DNA of 64,000 nt, taken from Octopus sinensis (Eukaryota). The notes beneath the pieces are model-generated. The model was not told the DNA's origin, did not search any database, and saw nothing but the letters and a program-made list of their open reading frames with translations. Of the stretch, positions 63,211 to 64,000 are shown in pieces. The position numbers and the translations under genes are program-made. The number at the start of each line of letters is the position of its first letter. Positions within the stretch are counted from its first letter, which is position 1. The stretch is from positions 32,240,001 to 32,304,000 of the forward strand of contig NC_043017.1 of the NCBI RefSeq assembly GCF_006345805.1, read 5' to 3'.

Positions 63211-64000
63211 CCTTGTGTAGCTCGTCCTGTATTTGTTTTTCGTTTTCCGTTTTCTTGTTTTTTGTTTTTTGGCTTTTTCCGTTTCTACGTCTTATTGTGA
63301 TGTCCTGTACTCCCGTATAATTATTTATATATGCATGTATATATACATGTAGATGTAGGTACGTACATATATGTTTGTATGTATGCATATATTTTTATTT
63401 ATCTCCTTATTGTCTGACAGCGTCCCGCATCAGGTTCGTTCCGATTCGTCGTTTCGATCCACTTCTTGGTCCCCTTTTTTTATATTTATATTATTATATT
63501 GAAGATGCGGTACTCTCTCCCTTTGCTTTAACCTCTTCAATCTTTCTCCCTCCCCCTCCTCCTCTCTCTTCGCCGTGTGTCCCCCTCCTCCTTCCCTCTT
63601 CCTTGCCTATAAAACAAAATTCCTTTACACGTGTTCCCACTATTGAAAAGACTGCCTCCACGCGCTGCCACTACACTTTCGTCCTTGCCAGCAAAAGGCT
63701 TCTTCGTTCGTCCCTTGTGTGGTTGATTTCCTGTATAGTATTCTTGTTATTTTCTCGTTTTGTAACTAATTGTACTTTTTGTACATGTATTTTTATTTTT
63801 GCAGTTTTATTGTTTGTCTATGCCAGAAAAAAGGCTTTTCGTTCGTCCTCTTGTGTTTGTTTTTGTACATGTATTTTAATTTTGCAGTCTTATTGTTACG
63901 TCTTGTTTGTGTTCGTACTCATTGTGCCCCGCTGCTTGAAATTTTATTTTAATTCTCTCGCAGGAAGGCCTATTGGATTAGTGTTCTGTTATGCCTTCGA

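Overview
Repeat-saturated, AT-rich animal genomic DNA, intronic or intergenic. The SINE families and the extreme microsatellite load resemble octopus (coleoid cephalopod) DNA; this is inference, not a database match. No cellular gene can be identified, only a few weak candidate exons. Nearly all ORFs in the supplied track are microsatellite or SINE read-throughs. The window holds about 45 tRNA-derived or RTE-tailed SINE copies (arbitrarily labelled A-E here), LINE fragments (CR1/L2-, RTE-, BovB-, Tx1-, R4/Dong- and Penelope-like), two decayed mariners and a hAT MITE. The best signals are: (1) a full-length 3.8-kb hAT transposon (30913-34707) whose 713-aa transposase is broken only by four 1-bp homopolymer deletions, so it may be intact in vivo; (2) a short R4/Dong-clade element with its 5' and 3' ends fused, lying in (TAA)n; (3) a TSD-flanked fold-back insertion carrying a hammerhead ribozyme core (61199-61243); (4) SINE B, which shares its tail with a Tx1-like LINE, inserts after ...CC and forms head-to-tail multimers; (5) a twin-primed (5'-inverted) RTE-like copy and a probable 3' transduction; (6) several long hairpins, one with perfect 88-bp arms. 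Boundaries of ordinary repeat copies are approximate.
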